DNA of 64,000 nucleotides from Candidatus Bathyarchaeota archaeon (lineage in GTDB: Archaea; Thermoproteota; Bathyarchaeia; Bathyarchaeales; Bathycorpusculaceae). The stretch is taken from the NCBI GenBank assembly GCA_963806535.1, contig CAWDYC010000006.1, forward strand, positions 64,001 through 128,000. The letters are read 5' to 3'. Position 1 is the first letter of the stretch. Each line of letters opens with the position of its first letter. Position numbers and translations under genes: made by a program. This document shows, in pieces, positions 31,445 through 41,218 of this stretch. The notes beneath the pieces are model-generated. The model did no database searches. It was not told the origin of the DNA and saw only the letters and a list, made by a program, of their open reading frames with translations.

Positions 31445-31671
31445 TTGGAAGAAATTGCGGATAGGATAGTTATTGATCCCGATGTTATGGTGGGGAAGCC
31501 TGTCATTAAGGAACTCGAATTCCAGTTTACCTTATTGTTGAATTCATGGCAAATGGCATGACAGAAAATGAGGTCTTAGAGGAGTATCCACAATTATGTA
31601 AAGACGACATCAAAGCTGCGCTTCTTTACGCTTCGAAATGCTTAGAACGCGAAGTCACTGTCACGCTTTAA
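31445..31671 (+). CDS. DUF433 antitoxin (frameshift near 31510; not in ORF track)
   Basis: Manual translation MEEIADRIVIDPDVMVGKPVIK/GTRIPVYLIVEFMANGMTENEVLEEYPQLCKDDIKAALLYA. Confidence 0.85.
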
Positions 31672-31681
31672 GGTAAAGCTT

Positions 31682-31738
31682 TTGACAAATATTCTGATAG
31701 ACGAAAATGTGCCAGGCGATTTTTTTGCTTTTGAATAA
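31682..31738 (+). pseudogene. Truncated DUF5615-type PIN toxin remnant
   Basis: TTG-TNILIDENVP matches the M-x-F-L-L-D-E-N-V-P start of the usual DUF433 partner, then stops after 18 codons. Confidence 0.55.
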
Positions 31739-31756
31739 TAAAATCCTTATAAGATA

Positions 31757-32056
31757 ATGAGGACTATTTTAATGATTATGTGTGAGAAGATTCCTCTTCC
31801 AATTCTGATAACAAAAGAGGGAAAATGGTTTGTTGCTTCCTGTCCCACCTTGGACATTGCTACCCAAGGAAAAACAGAAAAAGAAGTAAAAGAAAACATG
31901 GCTGAACTCATAGATGAATACTTAAGTGACCCAGATACTGCAAAGCCTTCTTTGGATGATTTAATGTCTTTTTCAATAACGAACATTCCCGTCAAGGTTC
32001 CTAAGAGTGTTATGCATGGCAAAGCTCCGACCGTTGCCCCAGCGAAAAGTAATTGA
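31757..32056 (+). CDS. hicB: HicB-family antitoxin
   Basis: EGKWFVASCPTLDIATQGKTEKEVKENMAELI. Confidence 0.85.
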   Translation: MRTILMIMCEKIPLPILITKEGKWFVASCPTLDIATQGKTEKEVKENMAELIDEYLSDPDTAKPSLDDLMSFSITNIPVKVPKSVMHGKAPTVAPAKSN

Positions 32057-32231
32057 AATTCTTAGGTCTAATGGCTTTCAAGAAGTAAGGTCCAGTAAGC
32101 ACATTACATTCAAGAAAAAGGTGGGTCACCATATTTTAACAACATGGGTGCCGCATCACAAAGAAGTTACAGTCTTTGTGATCCAATACATTATCAAGCA
32201 AACGGAAAAGCCTCGCTCCGAATTTGAATAA
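32007..32231 (+). CDS. hicA: HicA-family toxin
   Basis: VIEILRSNGF...SKHITF...VPHHKEV...IIKQ. Confidence 0.8.
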   Translation: MLCMAKLRPLPQRKVIEILRSNGFQEVRSSKHITFKKKVGHHILTTWVPHHKEVTVFVIQYIIKQTEKPRSEFE

Positions 32232-32356
32232 ATCTATTCATGGGATGGTTGATCATTCAAATCTGCAAATAGGCGATTTGGGTGCTGCTTACTTATTTGT
32301 TTTATTAAATGTCGTAATAAACATTTTTATATACTTTTGTATATTATAATAGACAT

Positions 32357-33622
32357 ATGTTAAGAGATGTTATTCTCGGCCAAAAAACAGAGCTTGAAAA
32401 GGTCCTGAAAGAAGTCTACATCGAGCGCGACATAGAACCGTTTTCACTTGAACATAATCTTATTAAAGTTATCATGGGTCCTAGAAGAGCTGGGAAATCC
32501 TTTTTTGTTTTACACACCCTAAAACGCATGGGACTATTTGGATATGTAAATTTTGATAATGAAGCTTTAGTTCTTCTAGAAAACTACGATGATCTTATCG
32601 CTGAAGTCGACAGAGTGTATGAAAAACCAACAACCATTTTTTTTGATGAGATACAAAACCTGCCAAGATGGGAATTGTTCGTTAACAGGCTTCAACGTCA
32701 AGGCTATAACATAGTAGTGATAGGAAGCAACTCAAAGCTGCTGAGCAAAGAACTCGCAACACATCTGACAGGTAGGCACATTCCCACTACAGTACTTACA
32801 TTTTCATTCAAAGAATATCTTAGAGCTCGAAAGATAGATCTATTAAAGTTAACTACGCAACAAAAAGAAGAACTGTTACTTGAATACCTGCGCTCCGGAG
32901 GCTATCCTGAAACAGTGATGAAAAAGCTGGACGCAGGCCAATATCTTGGAGTTTTGTTTGATTCTATACTATACAAAGACATAATCAAGCGTCATAATAT
33001 CAGAAAAGGACCAGATATAGAAAAATTAGCTATCTTTTTGCTCTCAAACTTGGCGTCAGAATTATCTTATCGTTCACTTGCCAATGCAATCGGGCTAAGA
33101 AGTAGCATAACAGTCCAGAAATACTGCGGATTTTTGGAAGAAGCGTATCTGATGTTTACAGTAAGCAGGTTTTCTTATAAAACCAAGCAGGTAGGGCAAA
33201 ACAGAAAGATGTATTGTTATGACAATGGTTTTGTCGCTGCAAAGGCATTTCAAGCCTCCCCAAACTTAGGCAAACTTTTTGAAAATTCCATTGCAATACA
33301 CCTCAAGCAAAAAGAAATAGCGAAACGATTTGAGCTCTTTTATTGGAGAAACCAGCAAGGTGAGGAAGTCGATTTCGTTATTAAAAAGGGAACGAAAATC
33401 GTAGAATTAATTCAAGCATGTTATATGCTGGATAATGAGAAGACACGGGAAAGGGAAATTCGAGCGTTACTGAAAGCAGGCAAGGAACTGGGATGCAATA
33501 AGCTCACCGTTCTCACTTTACGAGAAGACAAAGAAGAAGAGCGGGAATGGTTTGGAATCAAAGGAAAAATCACTTACATTCCATTTGAAAAATGGGTTCT
33601 GGAAGGAGCAGTCACCAATTAG
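32357..33622 (+). CDS. AAA_14 ATPase with DUF4143 C-terminal nuclease-like domain
   Basis: GPRRAGKS Walker A, FFDEIQ Walker B, GGYPE, YCYDNG, EVDFV. Confidence 0.9.
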   Translation: MLRDVILGQKTELEKVLKEVYIERDIEPFSLEHNLIKVIMGPRRAGKSFFVLHTLKRMGLFGYVNFDNEALVLLENYDDLIAEVDRVYEKPTTIFFDEIQNLPRWELFVNRLQRQGYNIVVIGSNSKLLSKELATHLTGRHIPTTVLTFSFKEYLRARKIDLLKLTTQQKEELLLEYLRSGGYPETVMKKLDAGQYLGVLFDSILYKDIIKRHNIRKGPDIEKLAIFLLSNLASELSYRSLANAIGLRSSITVQKYCGFLEEAYLMFTVSRFSYKTKQVGQNRKMYCYDNGFVAAKAFQASPNLGKLFENSIAIHLKQKEIAKRFELFYWRNQQGEEVDFVIKKGTKIVELIQACYMLDNEKTREREIRALLKAGKELGCNKLTVLTLREDKEEEREWFGIKGKITYIPFEKWVLEGAVTN

Positions 33623-33664
33623 CGGTGGAAATTGATAATGGTGCAGGTCGTAAATCTTCTTAAA

Positions 33665-34042
33665 TTATGGGTCTATGAATTTGGCATCTTTGAAATCTTT
33701 CAGGTGTCGGTCGCTGGTAATTATTTGAGCGTTAAAGGCTCTGGCTGTTGCTACAATTAACGAGTCTGCCATTCCCAAGCTTGCATTTAAACTAATTTCC
33801 GCTGCTTCTATTGCTATTTGAGAGGTTAATTCTATTATTTTTGTTCGGTTTATCTGTGCGGAGGCTTCTAGTGCACTTTGCTCGCCTTGGATACTTCGAA
33901 TCCGTTTGTAGACTTCATACATGACAATGGTTGGTGTTACGTAATTTTCCTCGTTTGCATCTTCAATGTATTTTGCATATTTTTCTGCAAGTGGGCCTTC
34001 GAGGAAATATTCTAACCAACCGTGCGAGTCGAGGAGAATCAA
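33665..34042 (-). CDS. vapC: VapC PIN-domain toxin
   Basis: ILLDSHGWLEYF...YEVY...MADSLIVATA...TSDRH. Confidence 0.9.
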   Translation of the reverse strand: MILLDSHGWLEYFLEGPLAEKYAKYIEDANEENYVTPTIVMYEVYKRIRSIQGEQSALEASAQINRTKIIELTSQIAIEAAEISLNASLGMADSLIVATARAFNAQIITSDRHLKDFKDAKFIDP

Positions 34043-34248
34043 ATTCGATCCTCTTCTTCTCGGATGTTTTGTGTATTTCCACCTTTCACGAAGCCGCGCA
34101 TTTGTTTTATTGGTCTTTGTGGTACTAAATGTAAAACTCCTGCGGTTTCTATCATAATGATTTCTTCGCCGGCTTTCAGGTTCATTTTTTCTCTGATTTC
34201 TCTTGGAATTACAACTTGAAACTTAGAGGACAGTTTTACTTTAGCCAT
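34039..34248 (-). CDS. AbrB/MazE-type antitoxin
   Basis: ATG at 34248: MAKVKLSSKFQVVIPREIREKMNLKAGEE. Confidence 0.88.
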   Translation of the reverse strand: MAKVKLSSKFQVVIPREIREKMNLKAGEEIIMIETAGVLHLVPQRPIKQMRGFVKGGNTQNIREEEDRI

Positions 34249-34431
34249 ATCGATCTCCAATAGTTGAACAGAAACTAATCGATATAAAGATTTTCGTAAA
34301 ACACATTTAGGGTCGCAGTCTTGCAAACAAATCAATGTTACCTGTTTCAAGCCCGTTCTGCCTATTCCGCCCGCGCTAAACAGCAACAGTTAAAATAGGG
34401 AAACTAAGGCCTGAGTGGGACTCAGCGTGCG

Positions 34432-35139
34432 CTAATTTATAATTCCGTCAAGCCATGATAGATGCCCAGTGTAGGGTTGAGTTCCAACATCAACAATGGT
34501 GCTGAGACACGTTGAAGGCAGTCCAACCACGTATAACCCTTCTGACCCTTCTGAAGTGACAGTGTAGTTAACAACCACTTGATAATAGCTCACCCATGTC
34601 GCACTTGATTCAGTAACACTCAATCCTGAGCCAGTTCCAAGCGTGCCATTCGACAAAACATTTAACACGCCAACGGGATTTCCAAAAACCGGATTGAATA
34701 TCGGCATCGTCAAATTGTTAAAGGCGATTCCCGTATACGTGACCGTAAATTCACCCACGCTATTCGGGAGCAGAACAAATTCAATCGTATCCGAAGTAGG
34801 ATGGACGGTCTTCACGAAACCGGTCGCGTTCGAAAAAGACAATGTCGCGAAGATGGCGGGGCCCCCAGCGATGTTAGGACCCCCAGCTGAACCAACGATT
34901 CCCTGAGAAGACGTTCCATTTTGCCCCCCAACTGAACCAACAGTTTCCCCAGAAGACGCCTCATTTTGCTTCTGAGGCAGGTAGCCAAATTGATAGCAAA
35001 GCGAAACCAACACTACAACGATTAGAACTGCCACTATTACGTAAAGCCATGAGTGTTTCCTAATCCTTTTTTGCATCTGAAGATCACTAAGCAAAGATGG
35101 ATGGATGAACGTAATTATTAATCCTACAGTATAGAACAT
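34432..35139 (-). CDS. Membrane-anchored hypothetical protein
   Basis: Single TM after MQKRIRKH, then a Gly/Ser-rich beta domain. Confidence 0.6.
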   Translation of the reverse strand: MFYTVGLIITFIHPSLLSDLQMQKRIRKHSWLYVIVAVLIVVVLVSLCYQFGYLPQKQNEASSGETVGSVGGQNGTSSQGIVGSAGGPNIAGGPAIFATLSFSNATGFVKTVHPTSDTIEFVLLPNSVGEFTVTYTGIAFNNLTMPIFNPVFGNPVGVLNVLSNGTLGTGSGLSVTESSATWVSYYQVVVNYTVTSEGSEGLYVVGLPSTCLSTIVDVGTQPYTGHLSWLDGIIN

Positions 35140-35172
35140 ATTACTGTCAAGGTGTCCAACTTCTGAACGGAC

Positions 35173-36657
35173 TCATTTTTGTATTGTTCGTCTTTTTTTG
35201 AAAACTAAGGTAATTGTGGTTATAATGCCAAACATGACTACGATTGTAAGTGCGCAATAAGTAAACTCAGGAACAGCGGGAGTTGATGAAGGATTTGCTG
35301 ATGCAGGAGTTGTGTTTGTTGAAGAGCTTGCGGTCGGAGTTGTGGTCAATGTCGGTGTGGGTGTCGGCGTTGGTGTTGGCGTAGGGGCTGTTAGATTTGA
35401 AGCTTGAGGGTTTGGCTCTGTCAAGAATGGGACAAAGTTTACAGAACCCACGTTGAAGTCGTTCTTGGTGTCGTAAATGGTTTGATTTATTGCTTGGGTA
35501 TCAGTTGTTCCCCACCAATTGTAAGTCGCATTTACGCTCATGGGTACCTGTGAGTAAAAGTTGTAGTTAGAGTTGTTTTGGAGATTATTATTTTGAATTG
35601 TGGGCGTTGCGTTATAACCGAGTTCAGATAGAGATATTCCAATGGAATTTCCTGCTACTGTATTATTTTGTACGGTTGGAGTAAATGTCCCGCCTCCAAA
35701 AACTTCGGTGAGGTCAATACTAATGCCTTTAGAATTACCAACCACTAGGTTGTTTTGGACTGTTGCATAACAGGGAAGGTTTCCGCCAAAAACTCTCTCA
35801 GTATAGAGGCTTATGCCTACTTGGCATCCATAGACATGATTGTTGTAGATTGCCCCATAGCCGTCGCAGAAAATTCCTCCTTCGTTATTAGTGGTGCCAT
35901 TTACTATTTGAGGGGGACCGGTAACAGTGTTATTGAAGATTCTGGGTGTGCCTTGGGGGCTGCCCGATATGATTGAACCTTCAACTACGTTGTTTGAAAC
36001 TATACAAGCTTCTGCAGGGGCTGTAATGGCTCCCAGATAGACCTCCCCAAGAACGATATTACCTTTGACGTTATTGTTTGAAATAACCGATGAATCTACG
36101 ACAGCATCACTCTCCACAATCGGTATTGCAGAATGGCAGTTAATATCGCCAGTTACTATATTGTTTGATATTATTGATGAAGTGACTGTGATTTGGCTGT
36201 TGATGATGCTGTTGTCAATTTTTATGGGGTTGCTGCTGGAGATTGAAGTTTGATTGATAATTGAGTTTTCAATTAAGCAGCCAGAATTAGTTTGTTCATT
36301 CCAGCTGTTACTAGCGATTGTGAAGGTGATTTGTCCACCGTTAAAGGTAATCTCTTCATTTGGATTGCCAATTGCGCTTAAGGTGCCGTTTACTTCAATG
36401 TAGTAGCTTCCAAGGTTCACTATTACGCCTGGCTGGATCGTTAATGTTGCTCCTTGATAAACAAGAGTATTGCCTGTTAGGGTGTATGGACTGCCTGACG
36501 TAGTCCAGGTAGTGTTTGAACCAATAATTCCACTTATGTTTGTTCCACTTTGAGCCAATCCTAACGGCTGAGTATTGAACAAGAATGCACCTGAGACAGC
36601 CACAACGAGAATAAAGATCAAAGCAAAACTCTTGTCTAAGGTTCTCATAGTCACCAC
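35173..36657 (-). CDS. Beta-helix (PbH1) surface protein with PEF-CTERM sorting signal
   Basis: Signal peptide, NTTWT..GSPY, NATYNWWGT, PT-rich linker, VPEF-TM-KKRR. Confidence 0.85.
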   Translation of the reverse strand: MVTMRTLDKSFALIFILVVAVSGAFLFNTQPLGLAQSGTNISGIIGSNTTWTTSGSPYTLTGNTLVYQGATLTIQPGVIVNLGSYYIEVNGTLSAIGNPNEEITFNGGQITFTIASNSWNEQTNSGCLIENSIINQTSISSSNPIKIDNSIINSQITVTSSIISNNIVTGDINCHSAIPIVESDAVVDSSVISNNNVKGNIVLGEVYLGAITAPAEACIVSNNVVEGSIISGSPQGTPRIFNNTVTGPPQIVNGTTNNEGGIFCDGYGAIYNNHVYGCQVGISLYTERVFGGNLPCYATVQNNLVVGNSKGISIDLTEVFGGGTFTPTVQNNTVAGNSIGISLSELGYNATPTIQNNNLQNNSNYNFYSQVPMSVNATYNWWGTTDTQAINQTIYDTKNDFNVGSVNFVPFLTEPNPQASNLTAPTPTPTPTPTPTLTTTPTASSSTNTTPASANPSSTPAVPEFTYCALTIVVMFGIITTITLVFKKRRTIQK

Positions 36658-36672
36658 TTGGATTAAATTCGA

Positions 36673-36718
36673 ATAAAAGCCTTCTCGTAAAGATCTCTTG
36701 ACTTAATTTTAGTCAAGG
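36673..36718 (-). promoter_or_regulatory. Conserved promoter module with TTGAC-N8/9-GTCAA palindrome (copy 1)
   Basis: ATAAAAGCCTTCTCGTAAAGATCTCTTGACTTAATTTTAGTCAAGG; TATA about 25 bp before the ATG; near-identical modules at 39923 and 41889. Confidence 0.7.
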
Positions 36719-36952
36719 TTTGTTTACTTAGGGGGAACTCTGGGAAGTGATGATGCAATTTTTATCTTTTCTTTGTTGAAGGGTTCGCTTAAATAATTAA
36801 ACGCATCCATAAGCCGCTTTGTTGGGGTTGGGTCGGCTCGAATCCGCTTAATTTCGAAGATATAACTCTTTTTTTGTGTCCCTTGAGCTCCGGGAAAAAA
36901 ATAGCACCAAGCATTTTTAGGATAGACAGGGGGTCGGACCGGAAATTGTTTT

Positions 36953-37726
36953 TCAGAAGGTTTGTGGTTGCTGTGGAGGCGCTGTTCTTGCTTTCATCGA
37001 GTAGTAATACAGTGTTATGGCTATTGCAAAGATTGGTGTTATGAAAGCTGTCAGAATGCCGGAAATAAGAGGGCTGACTACGCCAAGTGGGGCAGTGATA
37101 AATCCGATTACGCCATTTACTATGCCTACAATAATGCCAAGTCACAAGCAATAAACCGAAGGTTTTTAGCCATCTGTTGCTAACGAGAACGCGACTTCTA
37201 GAGACGCTCTCAGAAACGCCTGTGCCCTCAAGCATTATGGCTGGGTAAACAAGCGAAAACATTATTGCAAGGATTATTCCGGGAATAACTAACGCAATTA
37301 ATCCAAGAACGATGAGAATACCTGTGATAATGCTTGCTGCCAACAAGGAAAGTATCTTTGTCAAGGTGAAATTGAAGGATGTTTGCAGGTTTGCTTGTCC
37401 TTTTTCCAGCAAATCTGAAGTGAATTTTATTGTGATTCCTGTAGTGATGCTGTTGGCGATCCAGCTTACGATTCCGGAAAAAATAGAGACCGTTACGGTT
37501 GCTGTCAGGTAGGTTGGAAACCATGCTAATAGTTGCTGCGACGTGGGATGCACTGGTGCTACAGGTATGACTATGGCTGACCTCACAGCAATGGTTACCA
37601 ATCCCGTTAAGATTCCTGCAGCAGGAACGGAATTAAATACTGTGCAAAATTTCGCGAATATAAATTGAACGTTTGCGTTAATATTTCGCCTATGGAGAGC
37701 TCGCTTTGCGGTTTCTTGCTTTCCAC
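36953..37726 (-). CDS. Polytopic membrane protein (GDPD membrane-domain-like), frameshifts near 37620 and 37140
   Basis: GTG-ESKKPQSELSIGEILTQTFNLY...LVIPGIILAIMFSLVYPAIMLE...SRSRVLVSNRW...LYYYSMKAR. Confidence 0.65.
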
Positions 37727-37915
37727 TAACTTCTGCCTCTGTTGTCCTCTTGCTGTTTGAGCTTATTAATTTTGTTAGTCAATAAAGTCTGTTAACCAAA
37801 CGCTTTCTAAGTCACGAAAGAAACCATCACGAAAAAGGTTAACTCTCTCGAAAAGCGTTGTCTGATAATTAGGCTTAACCATTTTTCAGACTGTGTTAAA
37901 ACTCATAGCTAATTC

Positions 37916-38953
37916 CTAAAGACATTTGAGTATCCGAACTGTACTTGTGGGATACACCCAAAAATGGGAAAAGGTCCACTTAACGGTCTTTCGATGCCTT
38001 AGCTTGAACGCCATTAATAGTAGCACAAGGGCAAACAAGGGTAAAATTGCTAATGCTGGAAACTCTGGAACGGTTGGTGTTGATGTTGGGTTTGTTGATG
38101 TCGAAGCTGTTGGATTGGTTGTTGGGTTCCTTGTTGGTAATTGCGTAGGTACATTGGTTAGTTGGGAGGTCGGTGTAGCTGCGGGAGTTGAAGTAGACAT
38201 AGGCACTGCAACATTGTAGCTTAGCAGTTCTGACGAAAAAGCAAGATTTCCGTCTTGAAAATAATCAAGCTCTTTAACCTGCATATTTGCCTTTGTCGAG
38301 TAATAGATTTCAGAACTTGAGCCGCCATCATTTGTCATTCTAATTACAAATGTTTGAAATTTACCTGCTGGAACCGTGACATCTTCAGACCTTAAAACTG
38401 TAAAGTTGAAGGTTGTTTTTTGAGAATCTTTACCTTCAGTTAAGACGCCATTCAAGATGTGCTTTGTAGTCAGCGTTTGAGTCGTTGTTGCTGTCCAGTT
38501 TTTTCCAACATAGAATGGGAAGTCACTATTATTCATTGGTAGATTGTAATCGGTTATAGTCGTGATAGTTTCATTAAATGTCGATGTCTTTGTATCTAAT
38601 GTTATTTCTGACTTAGGCGTGCTGTAGTCTGTTTTGGTTTCATATTGCGTGCCGTTTGTTGTCCAGGTCCCTTGTCCTGAAGTGGTTCCTCCACCTGTCA
38701 ACGTAAATTCTGTACAATCATAACTGGAAACAGACACAGATGTACTCGTAATCTCGTTCGTTGTAGTACCGGTCATTCCCGAAGTCTGTCCATAGTTGAC
38801 GCGATACGTCCACTTGTCGCCCAGTGTGCGTACAGGCGATGTAGCCGTTTGATTTTCAGCTATTGTGAATGGAATTGTTTCTGAACTTATAATAAAGATT
38901 GAGATGATTAAAGCCACAATCAAGGATGAACATTTGATGGTTAACTTTTGCAA
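37916..38953 (-). CDS. Surface protein with PEF-CTERM signal (Thr-rich beta domain)
   Basis: GDKWTY, VGKNWT and EDVTVPAGKF motifs, PT linker, VPEFP-TM-KLRHRK. Confidence 0.8.
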   Translation of the reverse strand: MQKLTIKCSSLIVALIISIFIISSETIPFTIAENQTATSPVRTLGDKWTYRVNYGQTSGMTGTTTNEITSTSVSVSSYDCTEFTLTGGGTTSGQGTWTTNGTQYETKTDYSTPKSEITLDTKTSTFNETITTITDYNLPMNNSDFPFYVGKNWTATTTQTLTTKHILNGVLTEGKDSQKTTFNFTVLRSEDVTVPAGKFQTFVIRMTNDGGSSSEIYYSTKANMQVKELDYFQDGNLAFSSELLSYNVAVPMSTSTPAATPTSQLTNVPTQLPTRNPTTNPTASTSTNPTSTPTVPEFPALAILPLFALVLLLMAFKLRHRKTVKWTFSHFWVYPTSTVRILKCL

Positions 38954-39019
38954 TACATTCCTTCAATGTTCAACTTGTATCTTCAATTTTTCTATTTAAT
39001 ACTTGTTATCTTAGTGAGT

Positions 39020-39897
39020 TCACTGCATCAGGAGACCATGGGGCAGGTGTTTGTGTTTTTTGAAGTAAACCAACAAACCAGCAACTATCGTTAACACAAG
39101 AAAAGATATAATTGTTAATAATGGAAACTCTGGAACGGTAAGAGTTGAAGTAGGAGAAGAAGAGGTAGAATTTTCACCGATGGTTATTGTTCGTGTGTTA
39201 CTCCAACCACTTGCTGAATCATAGGCAATGGCCGGTTCATATAAGCCACCAATGGTAGGGAAAAACGGATGTTGAATATACCAGTATGTAGAGTTGTGCC
39301 CAATGAAAGCTTGTACTTGAAAATCAACCTGACCACTATATGGAATTGCGGTTAAAAATGACCCATATCCACCATTTTGATTTTCATTTCCAGAGTAGAA
39401 TGTTTGAATGTCATAGCCTGATGCTCCGTAAAGGTCTGTGGGCAATACAGGGAGAGTACTAACTGTATAACTTGAGTTTGACTGAGGCAAAGAATCGTCA
39501 ATATACCATGCAAAAAGAGAAAGTGCCATCTCCATTGTAGGAACTAGTTCTGTTTTGTATTGGGTAAACTTCAGTCCAGTTTTCTGCAAAGTGTGGTTTG
39601 GCTCTGATGTCAAAGTATATTTGGTAAGCTAAACCGTTGATTGGAGTAGTCAAAGGGCTGGTTCTTAATTGTAACTTCAATAGAGTTATTACTAATTAGT
39701 TGTGTTTCATTTTCTCCAGTGTAAGAATTTGTTGAAGTTACACTATAAGAAGCATTTACGAACTTAACGGTGAACTGGGGCATAGATGGTGTAGGTATTG
39801 ATTGAGCAAATACAGGCTTTATTATCCATAGACTTAGACCTGAGATGACTATGATTAGAATAAATAACAATGCGTGCCTTTTGTTTATTCTACTCAT
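39020..39897 (-). CDS. Surface protein with PEF-CTERM signal (frameshifts near 39640 and 39510)
   Basis: Signal peptide, PSMPQFTVKF, IEVTIKNQPF, QVDFQVQAFIG, SGWSNTRTITI, VPEFP-TM-KKHK. Confidence 0.75.
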
Positions 39898-39922
39898 ATT
39901 TTACATCTGGGACTGGCTTTTG

Positions 39923-39976
39923 TTATAAGGTTTCTCGTAAAGGTCTCTTGACTGAAGCTCGTCAAGGTTTCTTGAC
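39923..39976 (-). promoter_or_regulatory. Conserved promoter module with TTGAC-N8-GTCAA palindrome (copy 2)
   Basis: TTATAAGGTTTCTCGTAAAGGTCTCTTGACTGAAGCTCGTCAAGGTTTCTTGAC. Confidence 0.7.
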
Positions 39977-40009
39977 CAATACTAATTCTCAAGACGGTCG
40001 GGGCATTTC

Positions 40010-40250
40010 TTATGTTTAAGCTTGAACGCCATCAAGAGCACAAACCAAATAAAAAATACAAACTGGAATACAAAGAAAATTGCACTCAGAAGCAGTCTTA
40101 AACTAAATCTTTATGGAAAAAGCTGCCTTAGGTTTGCGCAGGTTTACGTGCTTGTGCTTGCTTTTGCTTGTGTGTGCGTGTTTGTGCTTTGGTTTGCATC
40201 CTTGTACGTAGCTTGCAAGAGATTTAGAAACAAAATCAAAAAAGAAACTT
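40010..40250 (+). repeat. ~240-bp direct repeat, copy 1 (contains a decamer-array element with TGC/TAC units)
   Basis: Near-identical to 44887-45132; TGC/TAC every 10 bp from 40135 to 40205, then GTAGCTTGCAAG...AAAAAAGAAACTT. Confidence 0.9.
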
Positions 40251-40352
40251 AAATTAAAGAAAACAAAACCTGCCAAAAAACCATCAATAACTATACATCG
40301 TTATTGAGAGATTTTCAAAAAATAATAATCATAACAAAAATAACAACACTTC

Positions 40353-40614
40353 TCACTGATACACTGTATTTCTTGGACCTATTGCTACAACATAGATGAT
40401 TTTATCTTTCTCCGAAATTGTATAAATTATTCGAAGTTTTTCAACCCGTAGACTCCAGTTTTCTTTTAAATCGCCGTGAAGTCGTTTTCCGCCAAAGGGG
40501 TCTTCTTCTAAACTGATTAAACATTCTAGAACTTTGGATTTTGGCTTTTCCTTCTAACTTCTTATAGAAATGTTCTGCATGTATAGACAAAACAACGGTG
40601 TGCTTCGATTTCAA
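40353..40614 (-). CDS. RelE/ParE-family toxin (frameshift near 40535; not in ORF track)
   Basis: Manual translation ...LEEDPFGGKRLHGDLKENWSLRVEKLRIIYTISEKDKIIYVVAIGPRNTVYQ. Confidence 0.8.
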
Positions 40615-40828
40615 CGGGCTTCTTCCTTTAGAAGCGAGCGTAACTCTTTGACTCTTCCAGCTTTAATGTCTTCTTGCCTTCTTCGATTGCTTGCATCATT
40701 TTTGGGTCGCTTAAAATCTCCAAAGTTTCCATAAGTCCGCTCATGAGTTTGGTTGCTTCATCAAGCTTTTTTTTGGTTTCGCAGAGGAGCTTACGATCTT
40801 TGTCATCTAAATAGACTGTTTTAGCCAT
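40611..40828 (-). CDS. RelB-like antitoxin (frameshift near 40675)
   Basis: LMETLEILSDPKMMQAIEEGK/EDIKAGRV; the corrected stop overlaps the toxin start. Confidence 0.75.
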
Positions 40829-41047
40829 CTAACCACTTGACTATACAGATGAAAACCGTGCTTATAAATTTGAAAAAACTGCTAAAACTTCTTTTTGTTG
40901 TCAATATCTCTAAAATTTCTTATTCCAAATTATCTCATTTGCTCGTGACAGTTTGCAATAACTCCTTATTGAATCCGCAGATGATTATGGCTTAGATTAA
41001 AAAAATATCCTTAAAAACAAAAAATGTGATCCTTCTGATTTTTTTTT

Positions 41048-41171
41048 CATTTAATTTCACTTTTCTTCACTCAACCTGCAAAAAAATCAAAGTCTTCAAA
41101 TTGAAAAAGCAACTAAATGCACAAAGAACAAAACTTGCCAAAAAACCGTCAATAACTGATTTGGTCGTTGA
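41048..41171 (+). repeat. Decamer-array + tail element, copy C
   Basis: CAT/CACT at 41048/58/68, then CAACCTGCAAA...TTGAAAAAGCAACTAAATGCACAAAGAACAAAACTTGCCAAAAAACCGTCAATAAC. Confidence 0.85.
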
Positions 41172-41218
41172 TTTCCTGTTTTATTTTTTTTGTTGCGTTT
41201 ATCTTCAGATTCTTGCGG

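Noticed and set aside
34249-34386. N-terminal extension of the AbrB antitoxin in the ORF track
   Set aside because: The AbrB fold starts at ATG 34248 with its own SD and TATA; the extension is intergenic
35330-35390. GGTGTT/GGCGTT short tandem repeats
   Set aside because: They simply encode the Pro-Thr linker of the surface protein
36800-36945. tRNA-like fragments (GTCGGCTCGAATCC; reverse complement TCCGGTCCGACCC similar to the tRNA-Val end)
   Set aside because: No cloverleaf; the Val-like match is short and in the wrong orientation to be attR of the tRNA at 8999
37792-37860. Integron attC site (GTTAAC...GTTAAC with AACGCTTT/AAAGCGTT stem)
   Set aside because: Ends do not fit RYYYAAC/GTTRRRY, it is a single occurrence, and the integrase shows no evident IntI-specific insertion
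40022-40252. ORFs 40022-40252, 44899-45093, 41026-41334, 55258-55503 and 60507-60704
   Set aside because: They are translations of the non-coding repeats; frames are not conserved between copies
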